IMG/VR virus record: IMGVR_UViG_2541047728_000014
DNA length: 53,998 nucleotides
Direction: 5' to 3' (one strand)
Origin: a virus
Taxonomy: Duplodnaviria; Heunggongvirae; Uroviricota; Caudoviricetes
Notes under the pieces: model-generated
Told to the model about the DNA's origin: nothing
Database searches by the model: none
What the model saw: the letters and a program-made list of their open reading frames with translations, nothing else
Part shown: positions 33,239-42,760 of the stretch, piece by piece
Position numbering within the stretch: position 1 is the stretch's first letter
Layout of the letters: every line of letters starts with the position of its first letter
Made by a program: the position numbers and the translations under genes

Positions 33239-34511
33239 AACCGTGAAAAAAGAATTAATTCAGGTTAATACCAAATTAACCGCTAATACCATACGTCGGG
33301 AAACGTATAACGGGCGCGAGCATATTGTTGTTCCGTCCTATACGTTGCCATTCAATATCGTTATGAATCGTGAGTATTACCCAGAAGCTGAAATTATCGC
33401 TAATTACCAGTCACTGGAGGGGACGCTTGCACCGTTAGGCCATCCTACCGTTGACGGTAAATTTGTTTCCGCATTTAGCCCGGAAGGATTGAACACCGGG
33501 TTTTGTGGAGCGTGGAACAGAAACGTTGAATTACGCGGCAATCGTGTTTATGTGGAAAAATGGGTGGATATTGAAACAGCCAGCCATTCAGAACAGGGGC
33601 GCGAATTATTAACCCGACTGGAAGCACTGGAGAAAGGAGAAAGCAAAGATCCTATCTGGTCGTCCGTCGCTGTATATCGTCAGCGTATGCCAGCTACTGA
33701 AGAGATGAAAGCCCAGGGCGCTGACCATGTAGTAAAAATTATGTCGATCGACCATGACGCTATTTTGCTGCATGAGCCGCCAGCCGCATCACCTGAACAG
33801 GGTGTAGGGTTGATGGTTAATACTGACCAGGCGAAACCGTTAATGGCGGTGGCAATGAAAGAAAACAGTTACCGTACGCTTGAGAAACAATTAACCGACG
33901 CGGCGCGTGAATTATTTCCTGATGCCGATTACGTGTATGTTGTGGACTTCACTGATAAAGAAGTGACGATTGCCACTAATACCGAAAGTGCTCAAGTTTG
34001 CGCATATGAAAAACAGGCTGATAAAATTATTCTCAATAATGGCGAGCTTGCAACCAATGAGGAAAGTAAATCATGGTTCGCTCAGTTCGCTGAACACCTG
34101 TCTAATCTTTTCTCCCTGAATGAAAAAATTAAGGCCAATAAATCGGAGGACGATCCCATGCCTTTGACCAAAGAAGAACGCGCCGAACTGGTAAAAGAAA
34201 TTAACGAAGGCTTATCCGCCAATATCGCTAATGCAGTAGCAGAGGCATTAAAACCAGTACAGGCAAGCGTTGAAGAATTACAGACCAATCAGAAAGCGAT
34301 TAAAGAAGAGATCGCAGCAAACGCAAATAAAGAAGAAGCAGAAAAACGCGCCGCAGTAGCAAAAGTACACGGCGAAATTGTTGCTAACGCATTAAGCGGT
34401 GAAGCGTTAGAAGCAATGTTTAAATCCCTGGGCAAAGCCGCGCCGATGGCAACCAACGCAGCAAGCGAAGGTAAAAAAGGCGAAGTACCAGACTTTAACA
34501 CCTATTTCTAA
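33219..34511 (+). CDS. Putative capsid scaffolding protein
   Basis: ORF 33204..34511; start placed at MAKIGSKT; Ala/Glu/Lys-rich helical C-terminal half typical of scaffolds; lies between morphogenesis and capsid genes. Confidence 0.55.
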   Translation: MAKIGSKTVKKELIQVNTKLTANTIRRETYNGREHIVVPSYTLPFNIVMNREYYPEAEIIANYQSLEGTLAPLGHPTVDGKFVSAFSPEGLNTGFCGAWNRNVELRGNRVYVEKWVDIETASHSEQGRELLTRLEALEKGESKDPIWSSVAVYRQRMPATEEMKAQGADHVVKIMSIDHDAILLHEPPAASPEQGVGLMVNTDQAKPLMAVAMKENSYRTLEKQLTDAARELFPDADYVYVVDFTDKEVTIATNTESAQVCAYEKQADKIILNNGELATNEESKSWFAQFAEHLSNLFSLNEKIKANKSEDDPMPLTKEERAELVKEINEGLSANIANAVAEALKPVQASVEELQTNQKAIKEEIAANANKEEAEKRAAVAKVHGEIVANALSGEALEAMFKSLGKAAPMATNAASEGKKGEVPDFNTYF

Positions 34512-34527
34512 TTAAAAGGGGATCACA

Positions 34528-34956
34528 ATGTTTCGTTTTCGTCGTGTAAATATTGATGGTAAGTCAATTACCGAAACCTATGCAGCCAATGAGGCGGTGA
34601 AGCCTGGTGAACTGGTTAAACTGGCTGAAGGTAAATTCGCTAAAGCAGCCCTTGCAGATGTTGGCAAGGCCCAACTTTTCATTGTTAACCCGGCATTCCA
34701 TGAAGGCAAAACCATTGCTGATGAAATTGCTAAAGGCGCAACCGTTGTTGCTGATTATGTGGAACAGGGCCGAGAGTTTGCTCTCCTTGTTCCTGCAGCC
34801 GCTTATGTTAAGGGTGCAGCTATTGCTCTCGCAGCCGACGGGGTGAAACTGTTTGTTGCGCCAAGTGAACAGGCAGCGCCAGATCCGATCATCGCATACT
34901 GCCAGGAAGACGTAACCCTGGAGGCGGAAGATTTTATCCGCGTTCGCGTTGCTTAA
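34528..34956 (+). CDS. Putative head decoration / structural protein (142 aa)
   Basis: ORF with AAGGGGA RBS; Ala/Val-rich; immediately upstream of the major capsid gene. Confidence 0.45.
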   Translation: MFRFRRVNIDGKSITETYAANEAVKPGELVKLAEGKFAKAALADVGKAQLFIVNPAFHEGKTIADEIAKGATVVADYVEQGREFALLVPAAAYVKGAAIALAADGVKLFVAPSEQAAPDPIIAYCQEDVTLEAEDFIRVRVA

Positions 34957-34973
34957 TTTAAAAGGGGAAAAAC

Positions 34974-36038
34974 ATGTACTTTACAAAAGAAAACCTTGCC
35001 ACCAACGCCCGTATGCAGGGCCATTGGAAAGAACTGTGGGCGCAACGCAATATCTTCAACGAGCAGCACAACGCCATGATTGCAGCAAATCAGGCAAATA
35101 TGACCGCTGAAATGTTGACCTGTAACGCCGTCGGCGGCTTCGCAAAAGAATTCTGGAAAGAAATCGATAACCAGATTATCGAACTGAACACCGAAGAAAT
35201 CGGTATTGAGATCGTAAACGACCTGATGGGTGTGCAAACCGTACTGCCAGTCGGTAAAACGCTGAAAATGTACAACGTATCCGGTGACATCAATGATGAA
35301 GTTGTGATGTCTATGGATGGTCAAGCGCCACACGGCTTTGATCACACCGAATACGATAGCGATGGCGACCCGATCCCGATGTTCGCGGCTGGTTACGGTG
35401 TTAACTGGCGTCTCGCTCAGGGCTTGAATACTGTAGGCATCGACCTTGCCCTGGATAGTCAGCGCCTGAAACTGAAAAAATTCAACAAAGCACGCGTCCA
35501 GTTCTACCTGAATGGTAACGATCGCATCGTGGTTGATGGTCATAAAGCTATGGGTATTAAAAACCACAAAAGCACCCAGCAGCTTAAACTAAAAACCGTC
35601 GCAAAAGTCGACCTGACTACTGCGGTTTTCGACAAGATCATTGACTTCTTCACCGTTGGTGAGTTCGGCAAGCTGGCTCGCGCCAACTTCGTAGCTAAAT
35701 ACGACGTCATGTGGGTATCGCCTGAGATCATGGCTAACCTGGCCCGTCCGCACATCGTCAATGGTGCTGTAGTCGGTAGCGTGCTGAGCGTCATTATGCC
35801 GTTCGCTCCGGTTGGTGAGATTCGCCAGAGCTATGCATTGTCCGGCAACGAGTTCATTGCTTATCAGCGCAGCCGTAGCGTAATTACCCCGCTGGTTGGT
35901 ATGACTACTGGTGTTGTACCGTTACCGCGCATGATGCCGACTGATAACTACAACTTCCGCATCATGTCCGCTGAGGGTCTGCAAATCACCCGTGACATGG
36001 AAGGTCGTTCAGGAGTGGTCTACGGCAGCAATACCTGA
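34974..36038 (+). CDS. Major capsid protein
   Basis: 354 aa; AAGGGGAAAAACATG start context; position before a strong terminator and the head-tail genes. Confidence 0.65.
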   Translation: MYFTKENLATNARMQGHWKELWAQRNIFNEQHNAMIAANQANMTAEMLTCNAVGGFAKEFWKEIDNQIIELNTEEIGIEIVNDLMGVQTVLPVGKTLKMYNVSGDINDEVVMSMDGQAPHGFDHTEYDSDGDPIPMFAAGYGVNWRLAQGLNTVGIDLALDSQRLKLKKFNKARVQFYLNGNDRIVVDGHKAMGIKNHKSTQQLKLKTVAKVDLTTAVFDKIIDFFTVGEFGKLARANFVAKYDVMWVSPEIMANLARPHIVNGAVVGSVLSVIMPFAPVGEIRQSYALSGNEFIAYQRSRSVITPLVGMTTGVVPLPRMMPTDNYNFRIMSAEGLQITRDMEGRSGVVYGSNT

Positions 36039-36056
36039 TTGATATGTTTCTGTAGC

Positions 36057-36086
36057 TCCCCGGCGCAATGCCGGGGATTTTTTTTG
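36057..36086 (+). terminator. Rho-independent terminator after the major capsid gene
   Basis: Hairpin CCCCGGC-GCAAT-GCCGGGG followed by an 8-nt T run. Confidence 0.7.
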
Positions 36087-36103
36087 TATGTGGAGAAAAC
36101 AAA

Positions 36104-36490
36104 ATGGTTACCACACAACAGGCGCGGGAATATCTCGAAAGCCAGGGGATTGACCTGCCAGACATTATCTTATCTTTGCTGGTGGAGCAGGCTAATAGCG
36201 TAAACGAATGCCTTGATGCTAATTATCCGTCCTCCACTGCAACATTGATTCAGCTTTATCTGATTGGCCTGTTAGGACTTACCCAGGCTGATAAATACAT
36301 TTCCTCGCAGACTGGGCCGAACGGTGCGATCCAGTCCTACCGCTATGTCGATTTTAATAAAAGATGGAAGGCAGCTTGCTCGTTGCTTCGTTCAATTGAC
36401 AAACATAATTGCACAGCCGAACTAATCCCGGCAGATCCCGAAGCCACCGCGCACGCCGGACTATGGATCGGTAAGAGTAGGAGGATGTAA
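36104..36490 (+). CDS. Putative head-tail connector / adaptor protein
   Basis: ORF 36068..36490; start placed at MVTTQQAREYL (GGAGAAAACAAAATG); assigned by position. Confidence 0.45.
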   Translation: MVTTQQAREYLESQGIDLPDIILSLLVEQANSVNECLDANYPSSTATLIQLYLIGLLGLTQADKYISSQTGPNGAIQSYRYVDFNKRWKAACSLLRSIDKHNCTAELIPADPEATAHAGLWIGKSRRM

Positions 36491-36492
36491 CA

Positions 36493-36678
36493 ATGTGGAA
36501 CGACCTAACACTACCGAAGCCACTAATGCCGAAGCCGTTTACCCGCGTATGGGTGAAGACTGACACCGGGCGACAGGTGGCGGCATATCTCAATGATGCT
36601 GGTGAATGGGTGATTCTTTGCCCGCGCGTGGCGAAAACTCATCCAAAGGTCATTAGCTGGAGTTACGGCTATGAGTAA
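36493..36678 (+). CDS. Hypothetical small protein (61 aa)
   Basis: ORF in the head-tail joining region. Confidence 0.45.
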   Translation: MWNDLTLPKPLMPKPFTRVWVKTDTGRQVAAYLNDAGEWVILCPRVAKTHPKVISWSYGYE

Positions 36679-37039
36679 GATTGCGCGATTCAGTTACAAG
36701 GCATTAGCCACCATCTACCCCGTAACGCATGACGACTGGACAAACGCCGACGTATACGGCGCACCATACCTGATTAACTGCGCATGGGAGCGCACCGACG
36801 GCACTGCAACAGACACAAACGGTAATGAGGTTAGCAATACAATAACCGTATTTACCGAACTGCTTCATAATATGCAGCCAGTGCAGCGCCCGAAAAACGG
36901 CTGGATGATTGCCACTGGCGACACCACTAATATTTCCGACCCGCTGATGGCTGGGGCCAACGTTATTACCGGGATCGTTGAATGGGATATGAGCATGTTT
37001 AACGACACGCCGGATTATAAGATCGTGACAGGGGGTTAA
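36671..37039 (+). CDS. Putative head-tail joining protein (122 aa)
   Basis: ORF; assigned by position. Confidence 0.45.
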   Translation: MSKIARFSYKALATIYPVTHDDWTNADVYGAPYLINCAWERTDGTATDTNGNEVSNTITVFTELLHNMQPVQRPKNGWMIATGDTTNISDPLMAGANVITGIVEWDMSMFNDTPDYKIVTGG

Positions 37040-37041
37040 TC

Positions 37042-37506
37042 ATGCCTATCAAGGGGGTTAAACGCGTCCGTGAGAGATTAAAGCAGGAACTAAAGGAAAT
37101 CACCGATAAAAAGACGCACGAAGTTTTATGGCGCGTCGGTATGCTGGCTGGTGGCTTCGCGGCTAATATGACGCCAGTCGATACGGGCTTCTTAATTAAC
37201 AGTCAGTTCCAGTACATAGGGAACACGGCGGACGGTATGCAATTACGCCTGGGATATACGGCCCGCTACGCTGAATGGGTGCACAATATGCCGGGTACAT
37301 TAAAAGGCCAGCCGCGCGAAGATTTCGGCAAAACGAATAACCTTTCAGATTTCGGGCCGAAACAGGTAATTGAGTTCGGCGGCGGTACTGGCAAAGGTAA
37401 ATATTGGGACCCAAACGCGGAGCCGGAATTCTTGCGCAAGGCATTCGAAGATCCAAACAACGCCGACGATATTTATAAAGAGATTGTAGAAGGTTACAAA
37501 ACATGA
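37042..37506 (+). CDS. Putative neck / head-closure protein (154 aa)
   Basis: ORF; assigned by position. Confidence 0.45.
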   Translation: MPIKGVKRVRERLKQELKEITDKKTHEVLWRVGMLAGGFAANMTPVDTGFLINSQFQYIGNTADGMQLRLGYTARYAEWVHNMPGTLKGQPREDFGKTNNLSDFGPKQVIEFGGGTGKGKYWDPNAEPEFLRKAFEDPNNADDIYKEIVEGYKT

Positions 37507-37889
37507 AGCGCAGCGAAGTATACGACGAAATAAGGGATTGGATTCAATCCCACGGATACGATGAGGGCTATATTTTGCAGGCCCGTTTCTGGAATGAGCG
37601 GAGCAATTCGAATAATGACAGATACATCGTAATCCAGCAAAACGGCGGCGCGACTGGTGAAGAAGCAATAACCCGTGATTATTTCCGCATTCTGGTTATT
37701 TCAGCGCGTAATGATACAAATATCAGTGAAGTGGAAGACCTTGCCGATGCCATCCGTCAAAGTATGTTAACAGAATATAAAACTGATAAAATTACACACA
37801 TGAAGCCAGTTGGCGCTATCCCTGCAATGCAGACAAGAGAAGGGCGCTTTATTTTTACCGTAGCTTTTCAATCCATCATATCCAGATAA
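37503..37889 (+). CDS. Putative tail completion / terminator protein (128 aa)
   Basis: ORF; assigned by position. Confidence 0.45.
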   Translation: MKRSEVYDEIRDWIQSHGYDEGYILQARFWNERSNSNNDRYIVIQQNGGATGEEAITRDYFRILVISARNDTNISEVEDLADAIRQSMLTEYKTDKITHMKPVGAIPAMQTREGRFIFTVAFQSIISR

Positions 37890-37902
37890 GAGGTAAACCA
37901 AT

Positions 37903-38379
37903 ATGTCCGAAACCTGTAAATCCGGTGCGTTTACCGGGCGTGATGTTGCCGTGTTCTATGCCATTGCTTGTCCCAGCGCGAAACCGGAAGAGGGTGGCTA
38001 CAAGCCGTTAGGTATGATGCGCGGCAAAACGCTTTCCGTAGAATGGGAATCCGCAGACGCTACCGCTGATAAATCCGCCGACTATACCAAAGAGTCGCTG
38101 GTTACTTATAAATCAGTGAGCTTCTCTGGTGATGGTGTTTCACGTAGCGATGATACATACAACCAGAAAGCACTAAAACGGCATGTAATGTCGCCGGGCA
38201 CTGCTACCGGAAATCAACCATATGTGTGGCTGAAAATTGTCAGTGCCACCGATGTAACCGAGGGGCCATTCCTTTGCACCTCCTTCAAAGAAGAGGCTCC
38301 GTATGATGATGTGACGACCTGGTCTATCGAGTGCGAAAGCGCTGGCCAGGTAACTGTAACCGATCCGGTTGCTGCGTAA
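37903..38379 (+). CDS. Putative major tail (tube) protein
   Basis: 158 aa; AGAGG RBS; followed by a strong terminator and then chaperone and tape-measure genes. Confidence 0.55.
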   Translation: MSETCKSGAFTGRDVAVFYAIACPSAKPEEGGYKPLGMMRGKTLSVEWESADATADKSADYTKESLVTYKSVSFSGDGVSRSDDTYNQKALKRHVMSPGTATGNQPYVWLKIVSATDVTEGPFLCTSFKEEAPYDDVTTWSIECESAGQVTVTDPVAA

Positions 38380-38384
38380 ACAAT

Positions 38385-38414
38385 AAGGGGGCTATTTAGC
38401 CCCCTTCCTTTTAG
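38385..38414 (+). terminator. Rho-independent terminator after the major tail gene
   Basis: Hairpin AAGGGGGC-TATTTA-GCCCCCTT followed by CCTTTT. Confidence 0.6.
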
Positions 38415-38424
38415 GGTGAAGACT

Positions 38425-39102
38425 ATGATTCATGTTCGTACCGGACAATTTGTGGCTATGGTGAACGGTAAGCGCTATGAATTTAACCCGTGTTTCGCTG
38501 CGATGGCTAAAATCGGTAATGACAGGGAGCTTGTGGAATATTTCGCAACCATCCACGGTAGCAAATACCCTTCACGATTACCTACAGATCCAGACCTCCG
38601 CAATCGCATTATGGCGCGGTGTTATGGTGGGATAGTGCAAACGTCAATGCACATCCTGAAATGTTGCTCAGACGACGAAACAGGCCCGTTATTGGGCGAA
38701 TGCTGGTTTACTCCTTCGGGCAAATTAAGGTTAAAGCCCGGAATAATGCCAGTTGATGATGTTATTACGCTGGCGCAACACTGCATGTACCACGGTTTAA
38801 TCGGTGACGGGCCGGAAGAAAATACAAGCGAGATCCAGGAAGGTGAATACAAGCCGACATTTGATGTACTTGATTTCGTTTATTCTGCCGTTGCTCATCT
38901 GGGATTATCTGAATCAGAAGCGTGGAACATGACAATGACCGGATACAGGGCCGCAGTGCGCGCTAAAACGCCGCCAGACGAAAGAAATGAAAGAAGTAGA
39001 CCAAATGTTCACATAAATAAACGTGCTTATGACGAGCAAATGGAGGCCGCTAAAAAGGCGCTAAAAAGAATGGAAAATCGCAAGCAAGAAAAAGCCCGGT
39101 AG
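38425..39102 (+). CDS. Putative tail assembly chaperone (by position)
   Basis: ORF 38416..39102; ATG at 38425 after AGGGTGA RBS; lies between major tail and tape-measure genes; no frameshift partner seen. Confidence 0.4.
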   Translation: MIHVRTGQFVAMVNGKRYEFNPCFAAMAKIGNDRELVEYFATIHGSKYPSRLPTDPDLRNRIMARCYGGIVQTSMHILKCCSDDETGPLLGECWFTPSGKLRLKPGIMPVDDVITLAQHCMYHGLIGDGPEENTSEIQEGEYKPTFDVLDFVYSAVAHLGLSESEAWNMTMTGYRAAVRAKTPPDERNERSRPNVHINKRAYDEQMEAAKKALKRMENRKQEKAR

Positions 39103-39124
39103 ATCCGGGCGTTTGTCTTATTTG
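39088..39124. terminator. Bidirectional terminator between the convergent chaperone and secreted-protein genes
   Basis: Hairpin GCCCGG-TAGAT-CCGGGC flanked by AAAAA upstream and GTTTGTCTTATTT downstream. Confidence 0.6.
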
Positions 39125-39531
39125 ATTCTAACAATATCAATAAAACCGTTACCTAAATCGACAATTGCGTGATTTTTTGCACCAGCGCCGCCTTTATTAA
39201 AAATTCTTTCAGCGAAAGCAACTTTATTTGCTTTGCACTCGTTAGCTATCCTGTTTTTTATTTCGCTGTTGTTTTCAAAGACTACGCCTACAGCAGCCTC
39301 GTTTACAAGGCCATAATTAAACCAACGAGCATAAGCTGGTTTACCTTCAAAATTTTTATCAATTGCCTTAAAAAGAATTGTGGGTGCGGCTGGTTCTTTT
39401 TTGATCATGTCGTGATATGCGGCTACATGGTTTGCCACTTCTTCACAGTTAATGTTTATGGCCTCGTTAGCGTTAGCGTTAAATGCTAGTGCAGCAATCA
39501 CAGCAAGCACCATTTTTGCTAACCGTTTCAT
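39118..39531 (-). CDS. Secreted (signal-peptide) protein of unknown function; moron inside the tail module
   Basis: ORF 39118..39537; ATG at MKRLAKMVLAVIAALAFNANA (Sec-type signal peptide); reverse orientation to the surrounding tail genes. Confidence 0.55.
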   Translation of the reverse strand: MKRLAKMVLAVIAALAFNANANEAININCEEVANHVAAYHDMIKKEPAAPTILFKAIDKNFEGKPAYARWFNYGLVNEAAVGVVFENNSEIKNRIANECKANKVAFAERIFNKGGAGAKNHAIVDLGNGFIDIVRIK

Positions 39532-39834
39532 AATCAACCCCCTGTAATTATTCTGATTTGCTAAATGCTTCCTTTAACTTAGTTATACACGCATATTGTT
39601 TATTTTTTAAGTGCTTTTAACATTTCTTCGATAAGGTCCGCATAGCGTTCATATTCGTTGGGACGGTAGTTTACGTTTCTCATTTTCTTATCCTCTTTCA
39701 CTTCCTCCGGGACATCCGGCCTTCCTGCATCTCTTCTATCTTTCTCTACATCATCTATACAAAACGGTATCGTTAAAATAAAGACATTTTGTATAAAATA
39801 GATACATAGATCACATTTTGCATGAGGTTAAATC

Positions 39835-42177
39835 ATGGCTACCAGTGTAGGCACAATTTATTACGAAGTTGACGCAAAAACAGGACAACTTCTTGTAGCA
39901 CAACGACAGGCAGACCAGGCCTTTGACCGTATAGAGCACGGTGCTAAACAGGCCGATCGCCAGGTAAACACACTGAAAACATCAATCAAAGCACTGACCA
40001 GGGTTATCCATCTGCTAATTGCTGCCGAGGCCGTTAGACAGTTTATGGAAATGGCAGAGCAGGCCAAAATGCTACGCGTCAAAATCAAAATGCTTACAGG
40101 CGACGCGGAATCTGCCGGGCGGGTTTTTGATGGTCTGAAAGAAATATCCAGGGAGACGGGGCAGAGCCTGAAAGATACTGGCGAATTATGGCAAGGCCTG
40201 GCTATCTCACTAAAAAACACCTCCGCTACGGAAGGGCAATTGCTTAACCTGGTTGGCACTATTCAGAAAATGGGTGCATTAGGCGGCGCGTCAGCGGAAC
40301 AGATGTCTAACTCAATGCGTCAATTCCGTCAGTCTATCGACGGCGGTGTTCTTCGTGCCGAAGAATTTAACAGCCTGCTTGAAAATACGCCGACCATCGT
40401 ACAAACAATGGCCCGCCATATGGGATTATCAATGGGCCAGTTCCGCGCCGAAATGCTGGACGGCAAGATAACGGCTGAAAGGATGGTTAACGCAATACAG
40501 GCGGCTACGCAGGAAACAAACGATAAGTTTGCTCAGTTGCCGCGCACATCCGGCATGGCTATCAATGAGCTTAAAGTAGAAATTATGGGCCTTGTTGAGC
40601 AGTTGGATGATCTTTTTGGCGTGTCAGATGGCGTTGTTTCAGCTATCGACTTGATCACGAAAGGCGTTAAAGGGCTTGGCGATGGCGCTAAATTCGCTAA
40701 AACCTGCTTCGACACACTCAAAACGGCTGGTAGCGAATTTATCGACATGTTTGATGATGTGGCTGTTAAGGCTGGAGAGGTGGCAGAGAAGATCATCGCA
40801 ATGGTGACGCCAATCAAGGCGCTAATGGATGGCTATAAATGGATGAAGGAGGTAGTAGGAGAGCAAACCGACGAATATAACAGCAACTACGAGAAGAAAT
40901 ACGGGAAGACCGTTGGCAAGGTCATGCAACTACAGGATGATCTGACCGCAGCAATCCAGGCTACAGAAGAAGCAAGGAAAAATGAACAGAATGCTGCCAA
41001 TGACGGAGCGATTACCGGATTCGACAAGCCAGTAGACAAGCCGAAAAAACAGAAAAAAGAGAAGAAATCGGAAGCTGATCGGCTTGGTGACAAAGGTATA
41101 AGCGTTTCTGATCAGTACAACAAAGACGCCGCCGCCATGCGCAAAGCGTTGGAGAACGGCAAGGCCATTGATGCTGCATTTGCCCAGGGTAAAATCACGC
41201 TCCTTGAGTACCGCGCCGCGCAAAAAGGGATCGGCAAGGAACTGAAAGAAGAATTAGCACAAATTCCGGTAGATGAATTGCGTGATAAATGGTCACAAAT
41301 AGTAAGCCCGATGGATCAGCTAAAAGGCGAAGTTGACCCCATCCAGCAGGCGCAAAATGAATGGGCCATCCGTAAGCAAATGCTTATAGACCTGGGCGCT
41401 ACTGAAGCGCAACAGAAACAGGAATTGTTAGCCTATGAGCAACAGATCCGCGATCTGAAATGGGAACAATGGCAGGCGCAAAGCGACACAAACGGCCTTA
41501 TCGGTGATTGTGTTAATGGCCTTAAAGGCGGAATGAGTAATGCGCTTGTTGGCCTGTTAAACGGCACTCAATCATTGAGTGATGTTTTTGCTAACTTAGG
41601 AAGCAATATACTCGGCAATATCGGTAACAGACTCTCAGACATAGCTGCAAACTGGATAGCAGATCAGATCATGATGGAGACACAAAGCAAGGCCACGCAA
41701 ACAAGTACAACAGCAAGCGCGGTAGCAGCTCAGGGAAGCATTGCTGCGGCGGCGGCCCCAGCAGCGGCGGCAACTGCGGCGTCAACTGGCGGTAGCTGGG
41801 CGGCGGCTGGTTCGGCGGCGCTCACTGCGATCATGTCGCTGGCTACGTCAATTTTCGGCGGCGGTCGCTTTAATGGTGGTAGCGTCATTGGTGGTAATAT
41901 GTACCGCGTAGGGGAACACAACAGGCCGGAGCTATTCCAGACATCTAACGGCAATCAATATATGATCCCTGGCGAGAACGGCAGAGTTATTCCGGGCCGT
42001 GATATTGGCGGCGGTGGCGGTATTAGTATGCCTGTCAGTATCAGCATTCAGACCACGAACGGATTCAGCGACGAAGACAGCCGCAGACTTGAATTAACAA
42101 TGGAACGTGTAGCCATGAAAATGATAACAAGGGAATCTCAAAGACCAGGCGGAATGTTGCAACCTCGCCGCAAATAA
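39835..42177 (+). CDS. Tail tape measure protein
   Basis: 780 aa; long helical protein with Gly/Ala-rich tract (AAAAPAAAATAASTGGSWAAAGSAALTA); position between chaperone and minor tail genes. Confidence 0.85.
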   Translation: MATSVGTIYYEVDAKTGQLLVAQRQADQAFDRIEHGAKQADRQVNTLKTSIKALTRVIHLLIAAEAVRQFMEMAEQAKMLRVKIKMLTGDAESAGRVFDGLKEISRETGQSLKDTGELWQGLAISLKNTSATEGQLLNLVGTIQKMGALGGASAEQMSNSMRQFRQSIDGGVLRAEEFNSLLENTPTIVQTMARHMGLSMGQFRAEMLDGKITAERMVNAIQAATQETNDKFAQLPRTSGMAINELKVEIMGLVEQLDDLFGVSDGVVSAIDLITKGVKGLGDGAKFAKTCFDTLKTAGSEFIDMFDDVAVKAGEVAEKIIAMVTPIKALMDGYKWMKEVVGEQTDEYNSNYEKKYGKTVGKVMQLQDDLTAAIQATEEARKNEQNAANDGAITGFDKPVDKPKKQKKEKKSEADRLGDKGISVSDQYNKDAAAMRKALENGKAIDAAFAQGKITLLEYRAAQKGIGKELKEELAQIPVDELRDKWSQIVSPMDQLKGEVDPIQQAQNEWAIRKQMLIDLGATEAQQKQELLAYEQQIRDLKWEQWQAQSDTNGLIGDCVNGLKGGMSNALVGLLNGTQSLSDVFANLGSNILGNIGNRLSDIAANWIADQIMMETQSKATQTSTTASAVAAQGSIAAAAAPAAAATAASTGGSWAAAGSAALTAIMSLATSIFGGGRFNGGSVIGGNMYRVGEHNRPELFQTSNGNQYMIPGENGRVIPGRDIGGGGGISMPVSISIQTTNGFSDEDSRRLELTMERVAMKMITRESQRPGGMLQPRRK

Positions 42178-42182
42178 ACTAA

Positions 42183-42211
42183 ACCCCGGTGCAATGCCGG
42201 GGTTATTTTTC
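42183..42211 (+). terminator. Rho-independent terminator after the tape-measure gene
   Basis: Hairpin CCCCGG-TGCAAT-GCCGGGG followed by TTATTTTT; near-identical to the hairpin at 36057. Confidence 0.7.
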
Positions 42212-42263
42212 GTATTTATAAACGACCATTCCGCGCGATATATCCCCTTTCGAATATCTCGAC

Positions 42264-42518
42264 TCACTTATGAGTGCCTTTCACGCCACATAACTTGTTA
42301 TAGGCATGGTGCTCAACAATTAACCAAACCTTCAAATCTTCGCTAAACAGCCTCCAATCAAGATTGATATCCATTTTGTATCCGTAACCGTCGCGTAACT
42401 TTTTGGGGTAAACTTCTTTTCTCAGAAAGGCTTTAAGTAATTCCTTACCTTTCTTGATGATCCGGTCCTGTGCGTTTTTCTGTGCTTTCAGATTTCTGTC
42501 AATCGCTACCAGTTTCAT
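42264..42518 (-). CDS. Hypothetical small protein (84 aa), possibly RelE/ParE-superfamily toxin-like; second gene of a minus-strand two-gene cassette
   Basis: GGGGTGAG RBS; size and C-terminal LKVWLIVEHHAYNKL are loosely reminiscent of RelE/ParE/YoeB toxins; unverified. Confidence 0.4.
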   Translation of the reverse strand: MKLVAIDRNLKAQKNAQDRIIKKGKELLKAFLRKEVYPKKLRDGYGYKMDINLDWRLFSEDLKVWLIVEHHAYNKLCGVKGTHK

Positions 42519-42535
42519 AACTCACCCCATCATCC

Positions 42536-42691
42536 TTAGTTAAGTGCCTTCAGGAAGAAGTCCCGGTATTCATCTTCTTTCGCATTCATCATGAATTGAC
42601 CGTATTTGAATGCGTCGTCGAAACCCTTAACGATTGCTATTTCCACTTGTTCGAATGCGTTATTTAGCATTACTACTACATAGCGTTTCAT
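42536..42691 (-). CDS. Hypothetical small protein (51 aa), first gene of the minus-strand two-gene cassette
   Basis: Hand-called ORF MKRYVVVMLNNAFEQVEIAIVKGFDDAFKYGQFMMNAKEDEYRDFFLKALN with GAAGGAGG RBS; 17 nt upstream of the 84-aa ORF. Confidence 0.4.
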   Translation of the reverse strand: MKRYVVVMLNNAFEQVEIAIVKGFDDAFKYGQFMMNAKEDEYRDFFLKALN

Positions 42692-42760
42692 TTTGGGCCT
42701 CCTTCGTTGGTACTACTTTCTTCTTGCTTTCTATATACATCTTGTTGCGTGCTATGTGAA

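Noticed and set aside
38425-39102. Programmed -1 frameshift (G-T type) at the 3' end of the tail assembly chaperone gene
   Set aside because: No obvious slippery heptamer followed by an extended overlapping frame was seen; the downstream region is occupied by a reverse-oriented gene.
40533-41954. Minus-strand ORFs inside the tape-measure gene
   Set aside because: Antisense to a 780-aa ORF with clear tape-measure character; low-complexity translations.
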